A stretch of DNA of 64,000 nt. It comes from Eledone cirrhosa. Its lineage: Eukaryota. Positions 49,426-61,088 of this stretch are shown one piece after another (position 1 is the first letter of the stretch; each line of letters opens with the position of its first letter). Position numbers and translations under genes: made by a program. The DNA lies in the NCBI GenBank assembly GCA_964016885.1, contig OZ024742.1:222580001-222644000 (forward strand). Reading direction: 5' to 3'. The notes beneath the pieces were generated by a model that did no database searches, was not told the DNA's origin, and saw only the letters and a list, made by a program, of their open reading frames with translations.

Positions 49426-52400
49426 TTAGGTAAGGCGGGTCTTCTCTGTTACTGAGTACTGCCAAAGGTCTCGGTCCAGTGACATTGTCTTGGAGAGGTG
49501 TAAGTGTGTGATGTCGGAGTTTATCAGCTCGTCCCAGGTTTTTCTAGGTCTGCCTATTCCGTGACTACCGTCTATCTTTATTGCCCTGCACTTTGTTATA
49601 CAGCTATCGACTTTCATGTGCATCACGTGTCCATACCAACGTAGCCTTCTCTCGAGTAAACAACATCTGATCCCTCTTATCTCTAATTTTTTCCTTAGTT
49701 CGTTTATGCTTTGCCGTTCACGTATATTACTGTTACACATCCAGCGGAGCATGCAAGCTTCGTTCCTCTCTAGTCTGCGTATATCCTCTGCACACAATGC
49801 CCAGGTCTCACTGCCATGCAGCATTGCTGTTCGTATGCAGGCATCGTACAACCTGCCTTTCATTTTTAGGGAGAACCCTTTAGCAGCTAATAGTGGTATA
49901 AGCTCTCTGAACTTTTTCCAACCAGTTCTGACTCTAGCTACAGTACTTTCAGAGCACCCTCCCCCACTGCTGATTTTATCGCCCAGGTAACGGAAGCTGT
50001 CCACTATTTCTATAGAACCCTCTGCGCAATTGAAAGAGCTAGTATTTTGTGGGCACTTGCTGCTACTTATTGCACCAGAACACCGGCCACATGTAAAATC
50101 TATGTTCTTAGTTAGCTTACCTGTGATCCCACTACATCTTTTATGCACCCATACTTTGCATTTAGGACATAAAATGGAGTTTCTACCTACGCCTTTCCTA
50201 CACACCGAGCACGACCATTTCCCAGAAGGGACCGCCGCCTTGTTTTCTTTCCTACAAACTAGAACTTTGGTCTTAGCCAGGTTAATTTTAAGTCCTTTTG
50301 ACTCTAGGCCGTGCTTCCATGTTTGGAATTTCTTCTCTAGCTCGGCCATTGATTCCGCTATGAGTGTCAGGTCGTCTGCATATAGGAGTTCCCATGGGCA
50401 GCCTGTCTTGAACTCCTCTGTTATAGCCTGAAGGGCAATAATAAATAGTAGGGGGCTGAGAACAGAGCCCTGATGGACGCCAACTTTTACGCTAAACTCT
50501 TCACTATATTCGTTGTTAATTCTAACCTTGGTGACTGTTTCTTTATACATGGCTTGTATAGCCCTCACAAGCCATTCGTCAACGCCTAGTTTTCTAAGAG
50601 CCCACCAGATAATGGAGCGGGGGACTCTGTCGAAGGCTTTCTCCAAGTCGACAAAAGTTAAGTAGAGGGGTTTACCTTTAGCTAGGTACTTCTCCTGTAG
50701 TTGTCGTACTATGAAAAGAGCGTCTGTGGTACTTTTGCCTGACACAAACCCGAACTGCATTTCATCTAGGTCAATTCTCTCTCTGATTAGTTGCGCTATT
50801 ACTTTATCCGTGACCTTCATGACCTGGTCGATTAATTTAATGCCTCTATAGTTACTCCTATCTAGGGTGTCTCCTTTACCCTTATAACAGTTAACGATGA
50901 TGCTGCTATGCCAGTCCTTCGGAACAACCCCATTCTGTACGACTTGGTTAACTATCCGGGTGACCATGGTGTGTCCCACCGTGCCAGATGCCTTCAGCAT
51001 CTCAGCAACTATTTCCGAAGGCCCAGCCGCCTTACCCGTCTTCATATCCTTGATTGCCTTACTTATTATACTCCCCTCGACTAACACTGCTGGTCCCTCT
51101 ATTGGGTCGATATGGGGGAGACTGTCTTTCTCCCATTTATTCTCCTCATTTAGTAGCCTTTCATAGTGACACTTCCAAGCTACCTTCTTATCAGCGTCGG
51201 TGATGGCAAGTGTGCCATCGTCGTTTAGTACACACTTCTCCCCGACAATATCACGGTTTTCCTTGACGCATTGCCTAGCAATCCTGAACACCTCACGTTT
51301 TTGGTCATCGCGTTGTAGAACATGCTTGAACTTTCTTTCCTCAGCTTCCCTTCTTGCTAAGTACACTTGTCTCCTAGCTTCCCTCCTGGCCACTTGATAG
51401 TCTTCTCTACTTCCCCCATCCCGCCATACTTTCCAAGCCTGCTTTTTGGCCTTAATTGACCCCTCCACCTTACTGTTCCACCACCATGTTACTCTCCTCC
51501 TGCCTACAGGCCTGCTCCAGCCACAGACTTCGTCTGTCGCCAACAGCAGGTTTGCTTTCAGAAATTCCCACTCTCCCTCTATATTGTCCGACTCTAAATG
51601 TTCTTCCTTACTGTCGAAAGCATCAAGTAATATGCTTTGAAATTTATTCCTGGCTGTGGGGTCCTTTAGCTTCCATATTTTTCTCCTGAGGATAGTCCTC
51701 TTCTGCTGTCGAGTATGTCTCGTCCTGACTATGAGGTCGCTAATTATCAGTCTATGTTGGGAGGTGCATTCTTCATGGGGGAGGGATTTAGTGTTTACAA
51801 CAGACACTCTGTCACGTCTTCTGGCTTGTGTGTTCCCCGGATCTATAGGTGATCAGGTGATTGTCACGTTTTTTGAAGTTAGTGTTACAGATAGTTAGGT
51901 TATTTGCATCACAGAATTCCAGGATTCTGGAGCCTTCCTCATTTCTAGTACCAAACCCATAGCCTCCATGGATTTCGTCGTAGCCGTCACAATGTTGTCC
52001 AACGTGACCATTTAGGTCGCCTGCAATAATTATATAGTCACTGTCGGATATTTGGGAGGTAGTTAGCATCAGTGTCTCATAGAATCTGTCTTTTATAGTG
52101 CCGGGCAGTCCGGATTGGGGTGCGTACGCAGATATTACTGTCACCGTAGTTCTATTGAGGACAAGTCGTATTTTAATTATTCTGTCGTTCACTCTATTTA
52201 CGTCTATTATCTTATCTGCCCACTTTTCTGCTACCATGATTCCTACTCCACCCAGCCCATCGTCGTTTCCCACCCAGAAAAGCTTATAACATCGTTTTTT
52301 ACCCTCGATGAATCTAGCAGACCCACCCCTCCACCTGGTCTCTTGAATACAACAAACATCGACCTCCTTACGTTCAAGCATTTCTACAACCTCATTAGCG

Positions 52401-52579
52401 CGAGATTTTAGGGTGCCTACATTTATGGTACCAACTCTGAAGTTTTGGATTGCGTTTAGGGGTTGGGGGCTGTGGGGGGGGGGGGGGGGGGGGGGGGTTA
52501 TGTTAGCCGTCCGCGGTCGAAACAATGAGGAGTGCTCGCATTCTCGTCCAAGAGGTGAATTTGTCTTTATCTTTGGCAT
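49426..52579 (-). pseudogene. RTE polyprotein gene frameshifted by a 20-bp deletion at ~51824
   Basis: Split into ORFs 51812-52813 and 49426-51807; relative to copy 1, bases 3547-3566 (between two CTGG repeats, encoding VDYILT) are missing. Confidence 0.9.
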
Positions 52580-52689
52580 TGTCGCTGAGCGTCCAGATTT
52601 TTCTCTCTCTCCTCCACTTTCCAGGATTCCGCAGTCCATCCATCCATCATATATCGAAAGGCAACCAGGCAAGCGATAGTATAGGCCTC

Positions 52690-52830
52690 TGATTGGTCCG
52701 CGTAATAATAATACTGGTGATGCGTGGGGGCTCTGGCTTATGATTGGTCCACGTAATAATAATACTGGTGATGCGTGGGGGCTCTGGCTTATGATTGGTC
52801 CACGTAATAGCAATGGTGGTGCGTGGGGGC
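52690..52830 (-). promoter_or_regulatory. 51-bp tandem monomers in the RTE 5' UTR with CCAAT/ERSE-II motifs (putative internal promoter)
   Basis: About 2.7 units; ATTGGTCCACG at 52743-52753 and 52794-52804, ATTGGTCCGCG at 52692-52702. Promoter role is inference. Confidence 0.5.
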
Positions 52831-53127
52831 GGTAGGGAGGGGTGTTGGGTAGCTAGATAGAAGGTAATGATTGAATGGGGTCCTTGCATTTAACAAGCGA
52901 TTAACAAAAATACAAAATTTTGTTCTGTTCGATACGACAAAAACTTTCGTATCTCACAATTAATGAATACAAAAAATGTAGATTGTTTTAGCAATAGATT
53001 GGCTATTTGGACTTGATACGAAATATGGAGTGTGGAGGTAGAGATGAAGAAAAATATGTACATTACGTTACATGAATATCGTGGAGTAGACAGCAAAGCA
53101 ATGAAATTTGGCGAAGTGAATTTCTAT

Positions 53128-53164
<37 letters not shown>

Positions 53165-53488
53165 GGGGGGAGGGGGGCCGCATGATGATGATTGTGTGTA
53201 TTGGGCGTTTGACCGCCATGCCCTCGAAGTAGAGCGGGTGGGGGTCGAGGAAGCGGGAGTTTCGAGTTTCGAAAGAAGGAAGAAGGAAAGGATTTTGTTT
53301 TTTGTTTTGAAAATACGCTAGAATTAGGAATTGTGGTTTGAAAATTATATCAAATGTAGTGTATAAATCAATAGCAGTGACTGGTGTCGTTGCAACAATG
53401 AAGTAAATTGTCTAGGTGTCCTTCCTATCAGCAACCACTTTACAGAGTGTACTGAGTGTGTTTATAGTAGGTATCACTAGGATTTAAA

Positions 53489-53553
53489 TCTAACTTCTAA
53501 TGTACTTTTTCTAACTTCTAATGTACTTTTTCTAACTTCTAATATACTTTTTC
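53489..53553. repeat. 21-bp tandem repeat x3
   Basis: TCTAACTTCTAAT(G/A)TACTTTT three times. Confidence 0.85.
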
Positions 53554-54669
53554 TTGGAAAGTATTCCAATCGAAACATTTTGATACCTCATTTATGAAAT
53601 TTGGATGAATATTTTAGGAACTATGACAATTTGAATGGGCAGTGAATTGGTCGAAATCTTGCCTAATTAGGCCTAAATGAATAATTAGCCATATTTGTGA
53701 TGTCATATCTTCGAAACTGAGGTGATAATCATCTTCAAATTACACAAATTAATAGTGAAACAGTGAGAGGGAATAAGCAACATTCTCAATATGATGATTC
53801 CATGCTAATTTGGGGCTCTAGAAGACTTATATAGCTCAATTTACTTCATTTTTTCATAGAAATATGTTTCCTTAATAATTAATTTGGCCATTTCTTGAAA
53901 TTCTGGCTCAAACTTGATATTTGAAGCCTTGGATTTGTGCTCCGTTTCAGCTCTCATCCCATGGGAATAGACCATTTCGACAAGTAGCCTCAATATGTTA
54001 CGAAAGTTCATGGTATTCCCGTTTTTATTGACTTTGTTCTTTTGTGCCATCTTGTGGCGAGAACTGGCAATGGCCATATTGAATTTGGGAGAATTTTTTT
54101 CTTTCTTATGGTATAAAAATCTTGAAGAAAATGTGCTTTTCTAAGTTAAAATTTTAAATAAAATGTTCACTTTTATATTTCATAAAGATTATCTAACCTA
54201 CCCCATCGATTTTTATATCAAAATAAAGCAAACAAAAAGTCCTCTTCATGACTATCATTTACAACATAAATCAAGTTATAGTGCTCCAGTGCATTGAACT
54301 AAAACTAGATTTACTGTTCAGCAATCAAAAACGAAAATAGGACCAAAGTAAATGGGTGGAAATACAAGGGTAATTGAAGGGATCTGGCCTGATTTGTACG
54401 TGTCAGATTTTGATCAAAAGTATATGAGAAGGAATTTCACATCCATAACTTTCAAATGATGTATAAGTGTCCACGGGAAAAATGTATTTTAACATGAAAA
54501 TGATCAAATAAAGTGGATTTTTGCATGGTCAAACTGTGCTTATTGCCTCTTCTTGGAGCTCTACTGTGATACCTATTTATAGTGTCAACCACGAACACTA
54601 GAGAGATTTCAGTCATTGACTCAACTGAAGAGCCCTACCTACTCTATGGAGGGGGGGGGGGGGGGTAAG

Positions 54670-54916
54670 GAGGGGGTTATGACTGATGTGTTATGATTTT
54701 ATGAGGTGTAGATTTGATCCTGGGTAGAGTGTAAATGTTAGGATGTGGTTACCTCTAGTACTATGGGAGTTACTGTGATAATAATAGTGACTGAGAGGGT
54801 TAAAACTGGTGTGTTACGATTTTAGAGGGTGCGGGTGATCTGGAGTAGAGTATGGGTGTTACGAGTTGGTAACCTTCAGCAGCGTGGGAGGTTCTGTGAT
54901 AATAGTTACTGAGGGC
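54670..54916. repeat. Diverged direct duplication, ~125-bp unit
   Basis: GGGTTA..ACTG.TGTGTTA.GATTTTA.....GTAGAGT...TGTTA...CTGTGATAATAGT.ACTGAG twice. Confidence 0.6.
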
Positions 54917-55393
54917 ATTAGAAATGGTGAGATAGGATTTGGGGAGTGGAACTGGGGGTGATCCTAGTTGGAGTGATGAACCTGGATAGTGAGGGTGTTA
55001 GGATTTTGGGTGAGGGTTTCTTAGATGGGGTAGGAGTGGAAGTATACAAAGGGGCATAGAAGGGTGGGGGATAGCTAATAGAGAGAGATAGTGACAGAGG
55101 GGCCATGTGAATGCATCAGGTTACATTTTATGCTGGTAGGTGGGTCTTCAACTGTACAAGTCATCACTCCTCATGGCACTTTGTCATCTCTGGTGAGAGG
55201 TTCAGTTTTGAAGGTTACTTCTCATTATCTCATGTATAATTTTCAACTCATTTTGAAAATAATAGTAAAAACAATTTAATAGATAAAGAAAAAATAGATT
55301 GAGAAGAAAGAATGGAATGTAAAATAAGAAAATATAAAAACGGAAAAGGAAGGGAAAGGCAATGGCTCTAGTGTCACAAGGATTTTAAAGAAT

Positions 55394-55669
55394 TTAACCC
55401 TTTAACATTTAAACCGGTCATATCTGGCCAGAATTCTCTTACCTCTTTATGCTCAAACTGGCTGTAATCGGCCACTTATACTGATGTTAAGGTATTGTTC
55501 TCAAAATGAATAATATCAAAATCTTATAAGATTCGATATTATGTGAGATAATTATGTGAGGTAAAGCCTTTATTGCAAAAATATAATAGAATCATCATCA
55601 CCGTTTTACGTCCGTTCTTCCACGCTAGCATGAGTTATATATAGAGTAATGTAAATGTTAAAGGGTTAA
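55394..55669. mobile_element. piggyBac-like MITE family B
   Basis: TTAA-CCCTTTAACATTTA ... TAAATGTTAAAGGG-TTAA; contains a short SINE/RTE tail insertion at ~55590-55635. Confidence 0.8.
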
Positions 55670-55843
55670 TAATGTAACTTAACTTTCTTATTATCAAGCT
55701 GGTATTTGTAACATAATTTAAATTGTGATGGAAAGTTTTGAAATCAGTATAAACACGTTACAATAAAATCTTGTAACAAAGAACCAGGGGCAGTTTCAGG
55801 TGGTTTGGTTTCCAAAGAGTTAATGACAGGAAGAAAAACTTAC

Positions 55844-55933
55844 TTTAACTGAGCAAGTTCTTTAATTAAATCTTTTACTAGCTTGGTTCCATCATTTTCA
55901 ATTTCCTTTGTCTCTTGTTGCTGGAAAGGATTT
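55844..55933 (-). CDS. Exon of the BRME1-like gene ((G)NPFQQQETKEIENDGTKLVKDLIKELAQL)
   Basis: Acceptor TTTATAATTTGTAG, consensus donor AA|GTAAGT; 90 nt; only the phase 2-2 frame is open, matching both neighbours. Confidence 0.7.
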
Positions 55934-56087
55934 CTACAAATTATAAATAATTTTTCCATATTTCAGATCAATTTATTTTTAATTACTTGATTGAAAAAAA
56001 GAAAACAAAGAAAGTGGATAGACGATCTTCCCGAATGGGCCAAGGAAAATATATTCCCATTGCTGATACTATCTCTCATTTGCAAAA

Positions 56088-56245
56088 CAGGTCCAGGCCA
56101 GATGGAAAATATAGGTCCTGAAAGCTGGTAATAGGCTCAGGCTAGATGTAAAATGTAGCCCGCAGAAGGTGATAACAGGCCCAGGCTAGATGTGAAATAT
56201 AGGTCTCCAAAACTGGCCCAGGTGAGATGTGAAATGTGGGCCCCA
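56088..56245. repeat. Minisatellite, four ~40-45-bp units
   Basis: AGGCCCAGGCTAGATGTGAAAT(A/G)T(A/G)GG.CC repeated. Confidence 0.7.
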
Positions 56246-57269
56246 TTTCAAACTGCTTAAATATTTTAGTAATCAGTGATAACTACATAAATGTATGGGC
56301 TACATATATACATGCACACTCACACACATACGTGTATATATATATATGTTTTCACCCACATTTTCTAAATAATATTTATTGGTTACAACACAGCCTACTT
56401 CTCTCTTTGAATTCTCTCTATATATATAAAGTATTTATATATATATGTATACACACACAATGTAGATGTACTTCCATGTAACAGAATGAAAGAACTAGAA
56501 TGTTTTAAAGCCACCTTACCTGCTAAAGCCTTGCTGGCCTCATGACAATCTTCATCGTTTTGCCCTAATCTTTTCATCGCCCCTTACCACTCACTAACTT
56601 TTATTTCCTATTCCATCTTTAGCCAAGTCTTTCTTAGTGTGCCCAGTTTAAAATAGCTACACCATAACACTGCATGTTGTCAGAGGCGACTAAAAGGATT
56701 AGCACCAGGAAGGGCAACCAGACATAAAACATTGCCTCAAAAATAGGTCCCAATTATTATTTTACATCTGTTTTTTTGCATGCCTATACGGGTATAAAGC
56801 AACTGAGAGTACATCCCCTGGACAAGACACCAGTCAATCTCAGGTACAACCTCCAGCTAGTGCTGCTGGTACTCACCTTCAGCTGAGTGAACTGGAGCAA
56901 TGTGAAAAGAAGTGTCTTGACCAAGGATACAGCACACCACTTGATCTGAGAATTGAACATACAACTTTATGGTCTCATGAGCCCAAGATCCTAACCACTA
57001 GACAAAACTCCTTACTGGATAAGACACCAGTCCATTGCAGAGTGAACTCCCAGCTGCTGGTACACATGAACTTAAAAAACATGAAATAAAGTGTCTTGCT
57101 TAAGAAAACAACACAGTCTTGACTGAGAATCAAATCCTTAGCTTTATGGATTGAGATACCAGCTGGTCTGAGTGTGCTCTACTCACAATAACTGGTAATG
57201 AAAAAACTGCAACAACTCTGGGAAACTAAACCAGAACAACCTGCCATCCTCTACACACCATCATAAACT

Positions 57270-60134
57270 GCAAGCAGGGTACAAATTGTTGCCCTTAAAT
57301 GCTCGCAGTTTATGCAACAAGATACATCTGTTTAACTCCTACGTCAGAAGCATCGACCCTGACTTCATCACAGTCACGGAAACATGGGTACATTCCTTAC
57401 TCTGTGATGGGGTTTTCAGCATTACTGGGTACAACCTTTTCCGCAAGGACCGCATTAATCGCCATGGTGGTGGTGTGATGGTCTACGTTCGTTCAAACTT
57501 TTCGGTAATTCCTTGCGTTGATTTGAACGAATCACAAGAAATTTTTTTTTGTGACATACGCATGACCATACCAACACTTCTGCTTGGTGTTGTTTATCGC
57601 CCCCAAACTACCATCAGGACACACAGCTTTGGGATATCCTCAGAGCTGCTGCCAAGAAAACAGCCACTTATCTGTTTATTGCAGGTGACTTCAATCATCC
57701 TGAGATCGATTGGGAAACCTTTCGTTGACCACAAAGTGCAAACGATTTCCTTGAGCTAGTGCTGGACTCAAACTGGTCACAAGTAGTCACCTCTCCAACA
57801 AGAGGTGACAACACTTTGGACCTGATCTTCACCACTACTCCTGAAGTGGTTATCAGTTGTACTACTGAGGAACCTCTAGGCGACTCTGATCATGCTATGA
57901 TCATTGCCAATCTGGCTCTTGCGGGCAGCAACAAAAACCAGAACCATCTCCAATCTGCTTGCTTTGATTGGAAGAAAGCAGATTGTAACTTGTACTGCAC
58001 TGAGCTACAGCGCCCAAACTGGCATGAGTTCTATAACTCTGGAGATGTGAATACTATACTCCAGAGCATCCTGGACTCAATATGGATAGCGTGTGCAGCA
58101 TCGGTGCCACGTAAGCAGAAAAAAAACCACCCCAAAAGTGAAATTTGGGAACTTCAGCAGTCCGACTTGCCAGGAAAGAACGTCGGAACACTGAACGGGA
58201 ATATAAACTGCATAAATCAGATGCCAACAGAAAAAAGCTGAATAAATCTTCCAACCATTTCAAGCAAGTGACAAAAAAGGCAGTGCTTGAATTTGAACAG
58301 TGCATAGCAACCAATCCTGACAGTAAGGTGTTCTGGAAATATGTTCATTCAAAGCAGAGACCTCACTCTCCAGTTGGTCTTCTTCGCAATCCCCACACAA
58401 GCCAGATCACTGACGATCCCAAAGAATGCGAAGAACCCAAGCATTTTTACTGTTGAAAACCAGAATTTACCATCTCCACCATCTCTAACATCAAATTCCA
58501 TAACAACTATGAAATTTACACCTGCAATGTTGCGACGTCACCTTAAGAATAAGCGCAACTATGCCTCCCCTGGTCTTGATGGTGTTACATACCTGCTTCT
58601 CAAACGTGGCGGGTACTTCCTTTTGCACCAGCTTTCTTTCTTCTTTCAATACTGTCTCAACAATGGTGCTACTCCGGAACAGTGGAAAACTGCCAGTGTC
58701 ATTCCCCTGGGCGACCGCACGTCACCTGTCAACTATCGTCCAGTCAGTCTTACTAGCTGTATTGCCAAACTGATGGACTCCTGTGTCAGAGAAACACTTT
58801 GGAACTTCTGGAGCTCTCACAGCCTCATCCGGCCCTCGCAGTTTGGATTTATCCCTAACTCCAGCTGCTGTGATCAGCTTATCGAGTTCCTTGAAGACAT
58901 TACCCGGATCACTGACAGCGGCTCATGGGTGGATGTTGTTTACCTTGGCTTCGCTAAGGCTTAATTCTGTGCCACACAAAAGACTTATGGCAAAACTCTC
59001 TGCAATGGGTGTGAGGGATGATCTTTTTAACTGGTTGAAATCCTTCATTCTCAGCCGAAAAGAGGTAGTCACGGTTCTAGGACAGCATTCTTTACCCTAT
59101 GAGATGTCATCTGGTGTACCACAGGGATCTGTTCTTGGTCCCCTTTTGTTTGTGGCATATATTAATGAGATAGATGCCAACTTAAAGAATGCCACGGTAC
59201 TGTAATATGCAGATGACATCAAGCTGTACCTTGAAATCAAAAGGACTGATCCTGAAATCTACAACTCTTTCTTACAATCAGACCTGGACACAATGCAGCA
59301 ATGGATCACAGACTGGCAACTGAGGCTGGCTGTGGACAAGTGTACCACCATGCATCCCTCCACAACACTGATATCAAGAAGTCTTCTTGTGAACGTGACC
59401 TGGGCATTACTGTCAGCAGCAATTTGCGTGGGACAAAGCATGTCTCTAAGATTGTCAAGAAGGCCGAGGGTGTCTTGGCATCACTCAGCAAGACCTTTGT
59501 TAGCCGCTCTCCAGCCATCTATTTAAAGCTGTATACAGCTATGGTATGACCACACTTGGAATTCGCATCAGTCTGGAACCCCTATCTTACTCAGAACATT
59601 GACCTCCTGGAAACTGTTCAGAGACGTGCAACCAAGCGCATACCCTCCATCAGACACCTACCATACTCTGAACGCCTTGCTTCCCTGGACATGGATTCAT
59701 TGAAGCTCCGACGTCTGGCAATGGACTTGGTAAACACCCACAAAGTTATTAACCATCTCGCCAACAACAACCCTGAGCACCTTTTTGATCTCCATGTGTC
59801 TAAAACACATGGACATGCCTACAAAATCAGAAAACAGCACAGCTCCCATGACTTTCGGAAACATTTTTTCACGCTCAGAGTTGCTGAAGCATGGAACAAA
59901 CTGCCTGCGTCAGTTGTTAGCTGCCGAGACACTGCATCCTTTAAAACCCTAATGCTTCCCGAAATTCGCCAAAACTACACCTCATGTACCCCTTCCATAC
60001 ACATGCACACATGTGTATATCATGACTCATGCACTGTTCATTTTCCTGACGTTTGTACATTACCCTATGTACTATACATACACTTTTTGATGCACCTGAG
60101 CACTGTACACAATATTTCATTATTATTATTATTA
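57270..60134 (+). pseudogene. CR1-clade LINE ORF2 (APE + RT), frameshifted, with 3' UTR and (ATT)n tail
   Basis: LNARSL, VTETW, GYNLFRKDR..GGGV, PTRGDNTLDLIF, GDSDH, NYRPVSLTS, SGVPQGSVLGPLLF, YADD, ERDLG, LETVQRRATK, FFTLRVAEAWNKLP. Confidence 0.93.
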
Positions 60135-60241
60135 TGATCATAATCCCAACTCTCCTAACCACTAGGCCATACAAAATCACAAATAAAGTGTATGATTTCA
60201 TAGAACTTTTATATTTGTAGATGCTAATCAAATTAATTTAC

Positions 60242-60326
60242 CCTTTATCAGTGAATTGTTCAGTAGTTGTCAGCTCAGAAACACAAATCTGGGAATCTGT
60301 TAAATCCATATCATCAAATATCATAT
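60242..60326 (-). CDS. Exon of the BRME1-like gene ((D)MIFDDMDLTDSQICVSELTTTEQFTDK)
   Basis: Acceptor TGTTATTATTTCAG, donor GG|GTAAAT; 85 nt, phase 1 to phase 2, open and in frame with the giant exon. Confidence 0.7.
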
Positions 60327-61088
60327 CTGAAATAATAACAATAGTAATAATTTATACATATACACCAGGTCTGAACACAAAGGAGCCAAACTCCCACTGT
60401 CACTGCCTCCGTCTCTCCCACTCTCCTCATCTCTCACTATTATGAGCAAATGGGGGCCCACACAGAATAGAGAAGGCGTTTCTCTGGAGGATGGTGAGGG
60501 AGATGTGCTGGAAGAGCCATTCCAGCTCACAAGGTAGCCAACTCAGTGCTGATGGCGGTGTGCAGGGAGATGGCCCTAGGATTAAGGACACCAGAAGTCT
60601 CCACTGCCATGGGCTCGACCGCAAACCTGGATTAGTTAGGCACAGGCCAAAAATCGGGGAGGGTGGGAGCCAATTATTCCAATCCCAGCACCTTACTGGT
60701 ACTTAATTTTGTTAACCCTAGAAGGATGAAAAGAAAACTTGACCTTGGTAGGATTTGAACCCATAATGTCAAAAACTCAAATGCAATATACATTTTGTTT
60801 GACACTAATGATTCTGCCAACTAAATGGTATTCTTCTGATGAAGATATAATATCTTATAATACATGTGCCACAATAAAATGCACCCAATCCTCTTTGTAA
60901 AGTGGTTGGTGTTAGGAAGGTCATCCACTATAGAAACCATGAAAAAATATGGAACATATAAGCAAAATGAGGTCTCTGTCTTATCTAGTCTCAGAACATG
61001 ACAATCCGTCCAACCCATGCCAATGTAGAAAACAGACATAAATTGATGATGACGATAATGAACAAAAAATATATAAACATTTATTTAC

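Larger units (their letters stand above)
49033..52870 (-). mobile_element. Young RTE LINE, copy 2, with 5' UTR retained (5' boundary uncertain, possibly as far as ~53320)
   Basis: Near identical to 752-4352 and extends further 5'; (GAT)n tail at 49033-49052. Confidence 0.93.

Noticed and set aside
52884-52890. TTGCATT at both flanks of RTE copy 2 (also 49023-49029) as a possible TSD
   Set aside because: Only 7 bp, not flush with the tail, and likely by chance in AT-rich DNA.
53600-54560. Possible DNA-transposon remnant with a 78-aa minus-strand ORF
   Set aside because: I could not identify TIRs, a TSD or a transposase motif.
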